64,000 bases of DNA from Dehalococcoidia bacterium (lineage in GTDB: Bacteria > Chloroflexota > Dehalococcoidia > UBA2979). Made by a program: the position numbers and the translations under genes. The DNA is taken from the NCBI GenBank assembly GCA_029941115.1, contig JAPYRK010000010.1, positions 2,527 through 66,526 of the forward strand, read 5' to 3'. The notes below the pieces were generated by a model, which searched no databases, was not told where the DNA came from, and saw nothing but the letters and a program-made list of their open reading frames with translations. Below are positions 27,302 to 36,489 of this stretch, piece after piece; positions within the stretch are counted from its first letter, which is position 1; each line of letters opens with the position of its first letter.

Positions 27302-28897
27302 ATGGCAAAAGTCCTAGTCTCTGACGAAATCGCCCAGCAGGGTCTAGACCTCTTGAGAAAAGATCATGAAGTGACTGTATTGACTGGCATGACTGAAGAA
27401 GAATTGATAATAGCCATCGTTGACTACGACGCGTTAATTGTGCGCAGCCAAACACGTGTTACTAGATCGATAATCGAGGCTGGAACCCAATTAAAGGCCA
27501 TCGCTCGAGCAGGAGTAGGAATCGATAATGTCGATGTGGATACCGCGACCGAGCATGGCATAATCGTAGTGAATGCACCCCTGGCAAACACAATTTCCAC
27601 TGCCGAGCACGCCTTTGCCTTGTTGCTCGCGACTGCCCGAAATATTGCACCAGCTGATGCTTCATTGAGATCCGGAAAATGGGAACGAAGTAAGTACTCT
27701 GGTGTTGAGCTTGCACACAAAACATTAGGCATTGTGGGCTTAGGGCGAATCGGATCTGAAGTTGCAAAAAGGGCTCAAGCATTTCAGATGAACGTCGTCG
27801 CGTATGACCCATTCGTATCAAAAGATAAGGCCGAACGCATAGGAATTGAAATCCGTGAATTAATAAACCTGTTTGAAATATCTGACTTCGTCACGCTCCA
27901 TACGACGCTTAACGAAGACACAAAACATCTAATCAATGCTGAGGTTCTTTCCCATGCAAAACCTGGACTTAGACTAATTAATGCCGCACGGGGTGGTTTG
28001 ATTGATGAGAGCGCACTACTTGAGGCAATAAGTCAAGGTTTGGTCAACCAGGCAGGACTGGATGTTTTTTCCAGTGAACCAGCTGTGGGAAACCCTCTTA
28101 CTCAACATCAAAATATCACCGTCACTCCGCATCTCGCCGCCTCGACATCTGAAGCGCAGACTCGAGCCGCGGTAAACATAGCTGAACAGGTTAATCAAAT
28201 TCTTCAAGGATCTGTCCCCGAATTTCCTGTAAATATCGACACTGTGGATACTGACACTATGCTTACGCTGGCCCCATTTCTTGAACCTAGTCGCTTGGCC
28301 GGAAGTATTGCGTCGCAGCTAGCCTTAGGTACAAGTACCTCAGGAAACATTGAAAGTGCTCATATCAACTATTTTGGACATTTCACAGGCCTTGAAACTC
28401 ACCCACTTCGTTCTTCAGCTATCATCGGCATTCTGGGCCCAGCCACCAGTATTCCGGTCAATATAGTAAATGCCTTGAATATCGCTGAATCTACGGGCTT
28501 AATAGTAAAGGAAAAATTCTCTGAGTCGATAGATCCTTATGAAAATCTCGTTCAAGTAACTGTGAATACTGATCAACTATCCGAAAAAGTGTCGACAACC
28601 AGTACCAATGCTGGAGTTGAAATAGTTAGCATTGGCGAGTGGAATATAAACTTCAGACCGGTGTCCAAGATACTGTTGCTAGTTGAAAACCTCGATCAAC
28701 CAGGTGAAGTCGGACGTGTTGGGCAGGTTATGGGAGATCTTGGCGTCAACATATCGTCCATGGCGGTGGCGCCAGGCACCACTATGGACGACCCCGCCTT
28801 AATGGTAATTGGAATAAGTCGCCCACTTGACCAATCTGAGGCGTTGAAAATCTCTGATTTGACAGGAATTAGTCGCGTTCGACAGGTCACACTATAG
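27302..28897 (+). CDS. serA: D-3-phosphoglycerate dehydrogenase (ASB and ACT domains)
   Basis: RAGVGIDNVD, GLGRIG, INAARGG, TPHLAAST.EAQ, C-terminal DQPG..G.VG..G..GVNI ACT domain. Confidence 0.95.
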   Translation: MAKVLVSDEIAQQGLDLLRKDHEVTVLTGMTEEELIIAIVDYDALIVRSQTRVTRSIIEAGTQLKAIARAGVGIDNVDVDTATEHGIIVVNAPLANTISTAEHAFALLLATARNIAPADASLRSGKWERSKYSGVELAHKTLGIVGLGRIGSEVAKRAQAFQMNVVAYDPFVSKDKAERIGIEIRELINLFEISDFVTLHTTLNEDTKHLINAEVLSHAKPGLRLINAARGGLIDESALLEAISQGLVNQAGLDVFSSEPAVGNPLTQHQNITVTPHLAASTSEAQTRAAVNIAEQVNQILQGSVPEFPVNIDTVDTDTMLTLAPFLEPSRLAGSIASQLALGTSTSGNIESAHINYFGHFTGLETHPLRSSAIIGILGPATSIPVNIVNALNIAESTGLIVKEKFSESIDPYENLVQVTVNTDQLSEKVSTTSTNAGVEIVSIGEWNINFRPVSKILLLVENLDQPGEVGRVGQVMGDLGVNISSMAVAPGTTMDDPALMVIGISRPLDQSEALKISDLTGISRVRQVTL

Positions 28898-28898
28898 G

Positions 28899-30317
28899 GT
28901 GTCTCAACAACCTAGAATTATAGACATGGATACAAATCGTCAAGGCAGCAATAATCCCTTAAGCGGGCTCCCCTCAACCTCGAAAGTACTAGAGTCCGAA
29001 AGAGCTCAGGCCCTGATTGAGAAACATGGACAGAAGGCAATTAGCGACCTTACACGTGAAACCCTGCAAGTAATTAGAGACAATATACGAAGTATGGAGG
29101 CCAGCCAAATCAGCCTAGACATCATCATAACGACACTTGAGTCAAAAGCAAAAAAACTTGGTGATACTCTTCGACCTGTAATCAATGCCACGGGAGTAAT
29201 CTTACACACGAACCTCGGACGTGCTCCACTTTCTGAAGACACCCGAGCCGCGATGGCAGATGTAACAGAGGGTTACTCGAATTTGGAATACGACGTAACC
29301 ACTGGAAGCAGAGGTTCACGATTCAGTCATCTTCAATCGATTATCCAGCGCCTGACAGGCGCAGAAGACTCGATAGTTCTCAACAATAATGCGGGTGCCG
29401 TTCTCGCAACCCTCGCCGCGATTTGCAAGGACGGTGAGGTTATCGTGTCCAGAGGTCAACTGGTGGAAATTGGAGGCGGTTTCAGGGTGCCGGACGTGAT
29501 GAGTCAGTCTGGCGCGCAATTGAAAGAAGTAGGTACTACGAACCGGACTCGCGCGGCTGACTACGAGAGCGGCATATCAGATAAAACCAAGGCTCTGATG
29601 CGGGTACATCCATCAAATTTTCTTATTTCTGGCTTCACGGAAGAAACGTCATTACGAGAAATTGTGAAGGTCGGTCATGAACATAATCTGCCGGTGATCG
29701 ATGATATTGGTTCAGGAGCGCTACTTGACTTGAGGCCATATGGATTGAAACCTGAACCTTTGCTTAGCGAATGCATTGACGACGGCGCAGATCTAGTGCT
29801 CGCGTCAGGTGACAAGTTAATCGGTGGACCACAGGCGGGTTTAATAATAGGGAAGTCAACACTTATTGATACCATCAGAAAGCATCCGCTCACGCGAGTT
29901 CTCCGACCGGACAAAGCGACGATAGCGGGAATCGCCGCAACTCTAAAACATTATGCCTTAGACGAAGCTACTGAAAAAATACCTATCTGGCAAATGATCT
30001 CTATGAATGAGTCAATTCTCCAGCAGAGAGCACAACGATTTGCTGAAGCTTGGGGATCTAGTGCACAAGTCGTTACCGGTAAGTCGACCGTGGGGGGTGG
30101 CAGCCTACCTGGACAGACTCTCACAACCAGGTTATGTGCAATTAGTCTGTCCCAACAAAAATTAGAGCTAGTTAGCAAAGAATTACGTGCCTCTGAACTC
30201 TCGATTATCTCTAAAATTCAGGATGGTGTGCTACAACTCGATCCGCGTACGGTGCTAATTGACCAAGACATACAAGTCGTGAACACGCTTGAAAAGATTT
30301 CTAAAGGTATGAAATAG
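28899..30317 (+). CDS. selA: L-seryl-tRNA(Sec) selenium transferase
   Basis: VINATGVILHTNLGRAPL, SRGQLVEIGGGFR, EVGTTNRT, SGDKLIGGPQAG, GGGSLP. Confidence 0.95.
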   Translation: MSQQPRIIDMDTNRQGSNNPLSGLPSTSKVLESERAQALIEKHGQKAISDLTRETLQVIRDNIRSMEASQISLDIIITTLESKAKKLGDTLRPVINATGVILHTNLGRAPLSEDTRAAMADVTEGYSNLEYDVTTGSRGSRFSHLQSIIQRLTGAEDSIVLNNNAGAVLATLAAICKDGEVIVSRGQLVEIGGGFRVPDVMSQSGAQLKEVGTTNRTRAADYESGISDKTKALMRVHPSNFLISGFTEETSLREIVKVGHEHNLPVIDDIGSGALLDLRPYGLKPEPLLSECIDDGADLVLASGDKLIGGPQAGLIIGKSTLIDTIRKHPLTRVLRPDKATIAGIAATLKHYALDEATEKIPIWQMISMNESILQQRAQRFAEAWGSSAQVVTGKSTVGGGSLPGQTLTTRLCAISLSQQKLELVSKELRASELSIISKIQDGVLQLDPRTVLIDQDIQVVNTLEKISKGMK

Positions 30318-30324
30318 CTTATTA

Positions 30325-30993
30325 CTATTCAGCCGCCGCGGGCGTGACGGAGGCGGTCGCTGTAGCAATCGGTGTCACCGAGGCGGTCGCTGTAGCAATC
30401 AGTGTCACGGGTGGCTGGGTTGCAGTAGGTGAAGGGTTCACAGGAGAAATACTAGTCGCACTTGGGGTAGGAGTCTTAAGATCGGGACGAGCAGGCGCGT
30501 CGATTGACCATGTTCTGCCATCTGAGTGTATTAATCTGATCGGAACGAATCCTCTCTCCACCTCAAAATAAAGTGTCGTCGAGCAGCTCACTTCCTGACA
30601 CGATACCTGCTCCAAAAGTGAAATATTGACAGTACCCTTACGCGGTTCAAAAGCCTGAAGGGTAAACAACAGGTAGCTTTCATTCGGCAGACGTGAATTA
30701 CCCTCAAATAACAAATCAACCCAGTACGCTTTCGTATTCTTGGAGCTCCAACCAGAGCCAATCACATCAAATTTAGCCAATACCGTAATGACTTCCTGAT
30801 CCTCTGTGTCTTCCTCTTCTAATGCCACCGGGGTGATCGTTGGGGTTACCGTAGGAAATTTCAATCCCGACAAGTCGCTATCGAGCTGTGAGCTCAACGT
30901 CACTATTTCTACTAAATCTTCATCACCGGAAAAAGGTGAGCATGCTGCTGCAATCACAAATATAAGCAAACTAACGGCTATATTTTTTATCAT
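30325..30993 (-). CDS. putative lipoprotein with Pro/Thr/Ala-rich tail
   Basis: signal peptide ending IAAAC lipobox; C-terminal TPTPSAT...IATATASVTP x2. Confidence 0.7.
   Translation of the reverse strand: MIKNIAVSLLIFVIAAACSPFSGDEDLVEIVTLSSQLDSDLSGLKFPTVTPTITPVALEEEDTEDQEVITVLAKFDVIGSGWSSKNTKAYWVDLLFEGNSRLPNESYLLFTLQAFEPRKGTVNISLLEQVSCQEVSCSTTLYFEVERGFVPIRLIHSDGRTWSIDAPARPDLKTPTPSATSISPVNPSPTATQPPVTLIATATASVTPIATATASVTPAAAE
30341..30400. repeat. 2 x 30-nt tandem repeat within the lipoprotein gene
   Basis: GAGGCGGTCGCTGTAGCAATC core present twice at 30-nt period; encodes IATATASVTP twice. Confidence 0.85.
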
Positions 30994-31046
30994 AATAAAA
31001 ATTAATAAACGTCTGGGCTGCTGGAATTAAGTAAACTGAACAAACT

Positions 31047-33443
31047 ATGACCCACCAATACGACCTAGAAAAACTTGAATACTCTGTAATTCTAGACCGT
31101 CTCTTGAGTTTCACGCGATCTGATGCTGGGTACAACCTCGCCAAATCGCTTCGACCGAGCTCGAGCCACGACGAGGTGCTTCGCAAACAGCAAGAAACAT
31201 TTGAGGCAGTCAGGCTGTTGTCACAGAATATTCAAATGCTATCCGATACCTTCCCCGATATACGCCCGAAAATCTACGCGGCTCAGCGAGGCGGGCTATT
31301 AACAACTTTTGAGTTGCTTGAGGTTAGCCTCGCTTGTCGTGTTGGCAACCAATGTCGAACCAATCTAGGTAAATACAGTGATATCGCCCCATTCACCTGG
31401 TCCAAAATCAGCGGTGCTGAAAACTTGAGTTCGACCACAGCCATAATACATGCAGCCGTGGATGATAGTGGAACAATTAGGGATAACGCCTCGCCTGAAC
31501 TTGCTGAAATTAGACTACGAAGAAGAGCAACGCATGATCAGTTACTGAAAAAAATGAACGGAATGGCCAAGTCAGCGGGATTAAGTCACGCGCTTCAAGA
31601 ACCCATCGTTGTTATGCGGGAAGGACGATATGTCTTACCTGTCAAGGCTGGTTTCCAATCAAACGTCCCCGGTATTGTCCATGACTCGTCAGCCTCAGGG
31701 TCAACCATCTTCATCCAGCCCAGCTCGGCGATAGGCCTCGGCAATATATATAAAGAGACTCAGAAGCTGGAAGAGCGAGAGTTAGAGAAGATACTGAGAA
31801 ATTTATCCAGTGCAGTCGGACAAGAATTCGATGCATTAGAGTATTTAGTTGCTCAACTTGCAGAAATCGATCTCATACAAGCAAAAGGTCTTTTGGCGAC
31901 CGATTTAGATGCTCTGGAACTTTATCAAGAATCTTCTCCCAGTAGTTGGGTTATGCCTTCAGACAGACCGTTATCACTAGTAGAAGCCCGGCATCCCTTG
32001 ATCGATGGCGACGTAGTCCCGATTTCCTTGCGTGTTACTGCGGATGAACAGAGCGATTCTGATCCTATGGTCTTACTTATTACCGGACCAAACACCGGCG
32101 GGAAAACAGTCTCACTCAAAACCTGTGGGCTATTAGCTCTGATGAGCCAAGCTGGATTACCCGTGCCAGCATCCGTCGGAACCCAAATGCCGGTCTTTCA
32201 AAACGTTCTAGCGGATATTGGAGATGAGCAATCCATCCAACATTCACTTTCTACCTTTTCTGCCCATGTAGCAACAATCAATAGCATTCTATCAATCTCA
32301 ACGCCCGGATCCCTGATTCTCATTGATGAAATCGGAGCCGGTACCGATCCCCGAGAAGGTGCCGCTCTTGGAATAGCGTTGATTGGAGAACTTCTTCAAA
32401 AACAAGTTGCTGTGGTCTGCACCACACATCATGCCGAACTAAAAATCTACGCACATACCAATCCCAAAATCGCCAACGCATCTACTGAATTTAATACTGA
32501 CACGCTCCAGCCCACGTACCGGCTTCTTCTGGGAATCCCGGGAGAATCAAACGCGATAGCAATCGCATCGCGGCTTGGTCTTCCTTCCTCGATCATCGAT
32601 GCGGCTCGACTAGAGCTCGGTGCCAAAGAAAGAGATTTATCTTCAATGCTTACTGAATTAAAAAATGCCTTGCAAGCTGCGGAAGAAAATGTTCGTGAAA
32701 CAGAAAATGAAAGATCAGAACTGACGACATTTCGCAATAAAACCGAACGCGAATTGCGAGAAACTCTTGAAAGGGTTCAGACCGACACCCGTCACGAGCT
32801 GGATATGTTAAGACGAGAAAGTGCGCGACTTATGCAGTCTCTCACTAGAGCTAAACGCGAGATAGAAGCAGTCAAACTCCGTAAAATAGAAAATGAAATT
32901 CAAGAGGTCACCGAAGCGGTTGCCGCTGCAGTAAAAGCAAGTATCGAGCAGTCCGAACAATGGGAGCTCGATGATTATTTTGAGGAAATTGACCGAAGCC
33001 GGTTAGCACCGGGAGTGCAAGTAACAGTGAAAGGATTTGACACACGCGGCGAGGTCAAAAGCTGGCTAGATGATGACAAATCACTCGTAGTTATTTTTGG
33101 AAATCTGACTTCTAGAATTGAGATATCTTCCATCCTCGAGATCCATGATCCGGCACCACAGGTCCAAGATAGAGTACCTTCACAACGACGTGTTCAGGTG
33201 AACTCTGAATTAGATATTCGCGGAAATAGAATTGACGAAGCCTTACCGCTGCTTGAAAAATATCTCGACCAAGCAACTGAGGGAAATATGCAAACGGCTA
33301 GGATTATCCACGGAAAAGGAACCGGTGCACTAAAAACGGCCGTTAGAGAGTATTTAGTTACTCATCCGTCGATAACTGATTTCAGTTCTGCACCAAATGG
33401 TCAAGGTGGCGACGGAGTTACTGTAGTCAGTTTTAAAAACTGA
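31047..33443 (+). CDS. mutS2: MutS2 (ATPase with Smr domain)
   Basis: ITGPNTGGKTV, DIGDEQSI..SLSTFSAH, DEIGAGTDP.EG, TTHH, C-terminal LDIRG...IIHGKGTG Smr. Confidence 0.96.
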   Translation: MTHQYDLEKLEYSVILDRLLSFTRSDAGYNLAKSLRPSSSHDEVLRKQQETFEAVRLLSQNIQMLSDTFPDIRPKIYAAQRGGLLTTFELLEVSLACRVGNQCRTNLGKYSDIAPFTWSKISGAENLSSTTAIIHAAVDDSGTIRDNASPELAEIRLRRRATHDQLLKKMNGMAKSAGLSHALQEPIVVMREGRYVLPVKAGFQSNVPGIVHDSSASGSTIFIQPSSAIGLGNIYKETQKLEERELEKILRNLSSAVGQEFDALEYLVAQLAEIDLIQAKGLLATDLDALELYQESSPSSWVMPSDRPLSLVEARHPLIDGDVVPISLRVTADEQSDSDPMVLLITGPNTGGKTVSLKTCGLLALMSQAGLPVPASVGTQMPVFQNVLADIGDEQSIQHSLSTFSAHVATINSILSISTPGSLILIDEIGAGTDPREGAALGIALIGELLQKQVAVVCTTHHAELKIYAHTNPKIANASTEFNTDTLQPTYRLLLGIPGESNAIAIASRLGLPSSIIDAARLELGAKERDLSSMLTELKNALQAAEENVRETENERSELTTFRNKTERELRETLERVQTDTRHELDMLRRESARLMQSLTRAKREIEAVKLRKIENEIQEVTEAVAAAVKASIEQSEQWELDDYFEEIDRSRLAPGVQVTVKGFDTRGEVKSWLDDDKSLVVIFGNLTSRIEISSILEIHDPAPQVQDRVPSQRRVQVNSELDIRGNRIDEALPLLEKYLDQATEGNMQTARIIHGKGTGALKTAVREYLVTHPSITDFSSAPNGQGGDGVTVVSFKN

Positions 33444-33468
33444 GCAGTAGCACTCAGCAGCTGACAGC

Positions 33469-34053
33469 CTAAATCACAGCCACATTAATCCCTTCAAGTT
33501 TAAAAGCCTTAGAATTTCCAGTTACCGTAGTCAACCCACCATTTAAAACCCTCACTCGCGGCCACTCAGTCTCATCAAGTTCAAAAATCTCGGCGAGCAA
33601 CTGAATAATTACTCCACCATGGGTGGCACAAACTACCAACTCATCTACATGGCTATCGGCAATCCTCTTAAAACATTCGTACGAGCGCATACGCAATACT
33701 GCGTTGGGCTCCATTTCTGGAATCAAGCTTGCCCAGTCCGTCCCAGGCTTGAGATTCCATTTGGCAGTGGCTTCCGCCCAGGTTTTGCCCTCGGCGAGGC
33801 CCCATCTCTGCTCGCGTAAGTCTGGTTCGGTAATAATTTCAAGATCGTGCTCCTGAGCTATAACTAGACCCGTGTGATATGCACGCTTAAGTGGACTGGC
33901 ATAAACAGCTTGTATTGACATCTCAGCGAGCTGAGTTCCAGCTGCCCTAGCCTGTTCCTGTCCCTTGGGTGTGAGGTCCGTATCAAGCCAGCCCTGAATA
34001 ATGCCGGCCGCATTCCCTTCAGACTCACCATGTCTCACCAAAATAACCGTCAC
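33469..34053 (-). CDS. histidine phosphatase family protein
   Basis: LVRHGES, SPLKRA, LRE..WG..EG, THGG. Confidence 0.92.
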   Translation of the reverse strand: MTVILVRHGESEGNAAGIIQGWLDTDLTPKGQEQARAAGTQLAEMSIQAVYASPLKRAYHTGLVIAQEHDLEIITEPDLREQRWGLAEGKTWAEATAKWNLKPGTDWASLIPEMEPNAVLRMRSYECFKRIADSHVDELVVCATHGGVIIQLLAEIFELDETEWPRVRVLNGGLTTVTGNSKAFKLEGINVAVI

Positions 34054-34055
34054 GA

Positions 34056-34715
34056 TTAACTTTCCTCAAACAATTCAAAAAAATCATTCATTTGCTGCAC
34101 ACCTTCTTCATCTATGTCCTCGTTGGTTGCTAAGTCCAACAGATGGAACAAATTGGTTAATATCCGAGCGGTTGCCCCCCAAACAAGATACTCAACTCCA
34201 TCCATGGCGAATGAATACGCGCGTGTTGCCGTTGGCGACCCGCTCTGTTCAACCATATGCCAGACGCGTGACTCGACTGACATCAAGGTAGCCAATTTCA
34301 CCACCAAAACGTCACGTACCTCAGCATCTGCTTTGGAGAAGAGTCCGTCCAGGTCAACCCCACGGAGCAACCCAACAAAAGGACTTATTCGATAGTTCGA
34401 GACGATTGTACAGGTGTCGTCTAAACGACCGATCAGTGCGATTTCATCGGATTCGACACCCATTTCTTCATTAGTCTCTCTGAGCGCAGTTACAGACAAA
34501 TCTAAGTCTTCCACGTCACGCCTACCGCCTGGAAAGGATATCTCACCTTTGTGATGGGCCACTGTGTTCGTACGAACCTGAAGAGCAACATATAACTCGG
34601 ACTCGGATTCACAAATGAGTATTAAAACAGCACTTTCTCTCATTCTGCCCAGAGGTATCTCACGGGCAGAATAATTGCGAACACTATCTTCTAAAAAATC
34701 AATCGAGGGAAGCAC
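34056..34715 (-). CDS. NUDIX CoA pyrophosphatase (NudL-like)
   Basis: HKGEISFPGG...TALRETNEEMG, VWGATA. Confidence 0.9.
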   Translation of the reverse strand: MLPSIDFLEDSVRNYSAREIPLGRMRESAVLILICESESELYVALQVRTNTVAHHKGEISFPGGRRDVEDLDLSVTALRETNEEMGVESDEIALIGRLDDTCTIVSNYRISPFVGLLRGVDLDGLFSKADAEVRDVLVVKLATLMSVESRVWHMVEQSGSPTATRAYSFAMDGVEYLVWGATARILTNLFHLLDLATNEDIDEEGVQQMNDFFELFEES

Positions 34716-34761
34716 TTTATCCTGCCCTACTTAAGCGTCTATCATCTTATACAGCGTGACT

Positions 34762-34838
34762 GGGGGCTTAGCTTAGTGGCCTAAAGCTCCGGTCTCATAA
34801 ACCGGCGAGCCTGGGTTCGAATCCCAGAGCCCCCACCA
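34762..34838 (+). tRNA. tRNA with CAT anticodon (Ile2 or elongator Met; not initiator)
   Basis: acceptor GGGGGCT/AGCCCCC-A-CCA, anticodon arm CCGGT-CTCATAA-ACCGG, T arm GGTTCGAATCC; paired 1:72 and no GGG:CCC anticodon stem. Confidence 0.93.
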
Positions 34839-35012
34839 TGCTAAATCTTTTCCCCAGCTATACAAAAGATAACAGGAAATGAAGTCACAAACTGTCATAC
34901 TATTTGGCATGAGTTCTCGATTCAATCCCAAAAAAACACCATTAGTGGCCTTAAGTCTGACTTCCTCCAAAGACTGACGTTAGATAAAAATCCATTGTTT
35001 CACTTCCAACAG

Positions 35013-35032
35013 TGACACTGAATTCAGTGTCA
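35013..35032. repeat. perfect 20-bp palindrome in an intergenic gap
   Basis: TGACACTGAATTCAGTGTCA. Confidence 0.8.
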
Positions 35033-35127
35033 GCACGGCATCCTAAAAACCCTTACCCATAGGGCTCCTGACTTCTATATGTCCAGATTTAGTTGTTCAT
35101 TCGTCCTCTTCTTCGACGAAAGGAGAG

Positions 35128-36087
35128 TTAATCCTGTGATTCGGACAATCGTTGTTCCACCTGATCCCGATCGGGCATAGAAATCATTGCACCCTCAGCT
35201 GTAACGGCGAGGCCGCCACTCACGCGGCCAAATACGACTGATTCCCTGAGTGTCTGACCTTCGGCAAGTGCGACCGCCAGTCCAGCCGCAAATGCGTCTC
35301 CAGCGGCCACTGTGTCTACGGTGTTGACCTGAAGAGGATTAAAAATAAACACTTCTTCAGCATCGGATTCCAGCAACAGGCCGCCCTGTCCACCCATAGT
35401 TACAACCACCGACTGAGCGCCGAGTTTCATGATTTGTGCGGCTGCAGCTTCCGCTGATGCAAAATCCACAACAGGAATTCCCGTCAATGCCTCGGCTTCT
35501 GTCTCATTGGGGGTGACTACATCAGCAAGTCTCAACAGTTCGAGAAGCACATCATCTATTGATGATGGTGCAGGAGCCGGATCCCATACAACCGTGATGC
35601 CATGATTTTTTGCTTCGCGCGCTAGCTTCAGTGAAATTTCCTGCGATACCTCACGCTGCAGCATCAATACCTGACAGGTTGCGAGTATATCAAGCGACTG
35701 TTCAATGTCCGTCAGACCTGCCTGCGCGTTCGCGCCCGGTATCTGAATTATATAGTTTTGTTTATCACCATCCAGCAAAATCATAGCTACCCCAGTGTGG
35801 ATATCCGGAACCCGCACTATGCCGCTGGAATCAACACCCACGTCCTTGAGATCATTAATAAGTCTCTCGCCGAACACGTCGTCACCAACTGCACCAATCA
35901 TGTGAGTCCAGGCACCGAGTCTCGCGGTCGCAAAAGCCTGATTGGCGCCCTTACCACCACCTGTCTGAAAAAAGCTATCACCAACGACCGTTTGTCCGGG
36001 CCGCGGCATCAACTCACTGGTCGCAAAAAAATCAATATTAATTCCACCAAAGACGCAAATTCGAGGTTGCATACTTGTCTCCAACAC
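35128..36087 (-). CDS. rbsK: ribokinase (PfkB family)
   Basis: GGKGANQA, PNETEAE.LTG, DTVAAGDAF. Confidence 0.9.
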   Translation of the reverse strand: MLETSMQPRICVFGGINIDFFATSELMPRPGQTVVGDSFFQTGGGKGANQAFATARLGAWTHMIGAVGDDVFGERLINDLKDVGVDSSGIVRVPDIHTGVAMILLDGDKQNYIIQIPGANAQAGLTDIEQSLDILATCQVLMLQREVSQEISLKLAREAKNHGITVVWDPAPAPSSIDDVLLELLRLADVVTPNETEAEALTGIPVVDFASAEAAAAQIMKLGAQSVVVTMGGQGGLLLESDAEEVFIFNPLQVNTVDTVAAGDAFAAGLAVALAEGQTLRESVVFGRVSGGLAVTAEGAMISMPDRDQVEQRLSESQD

Positions 36088-36102
36088 AGCCCACTAAAAA
36101 TA

Positions 36103-36474
36103 CTAGCCTAATGGAGAAAGAGTACTCCCGCCGAGGATATGCATGTGCACGTGTGGCACGGACTGACCTGCATGTTCACCACAGTTCATAACGAGTCGGT
36201 ACCCAGAGTCAAGGTTCTCCCGTGATGCTATCTTGGTGGCAACAGATACTAACTGCCCCGCTAATTCTGGATTGTTTTCCAGGTCTCGTGGTGACCGAAA
36301 TCCTGATACTTTGGGAATGACCACAATATGGACAGGTGCCGCCGGAGCTATGTCGTGAAAAGCGAGAAATGCCTCGTCTTCATAGACGGTATTATTGGGA
36401 ATCTCGCCGGCTAATATCTTTGCAAATACATTGTCCTGATCGTACGGTGCGTTTAATTGTGCGTTGATCGACAT
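36103..36474 (-). CDS. HIT nucleotide-binding protein (HinT-like)
   Basis: FAKILAGEIP, AFHDIAP.APVH, AGQSVPHVHMHILGG. Confidence 0.92.
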   Translation of the reverse strand: MSINAQLNAPYDQDNVFAKILAGEIPNNTVYEDEAFLAFHDIAPAAPVHIVVIPKVSGFRSPRDLENNPELAGQLVSVATKIASRENLDSGYRLVMNCGEHAGQSVPHVHMHILGGSTLSPLG

Positions 36475-36489
36475 CTTTGGCCTCGTCTA

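Noticed and set aside
30341-30410. 30-nt direct repeat as a CRISPR remnant
   Set aside because: Only two abutting copies, no spacers, in frame within a Pro/Thr-rich protein tail
28899-31046. tRNA-Sec (selC) near selA
   Set aside because: No tRNA-like fold with a TCA anticodon found in the flanking gaps
34773-34970. 65-aa minus-strand ORF in the track
   Set aside because: It is antisense to the tRNA-CAT gene (WWGLWDSNP is the typical tRNA shadow translation)
34879-34977. 32-codon plus-strand ORF after the tRNA (MKSQTVILFG…)
   Set aside because: SD spacing is too short and there is no paralog or motif support
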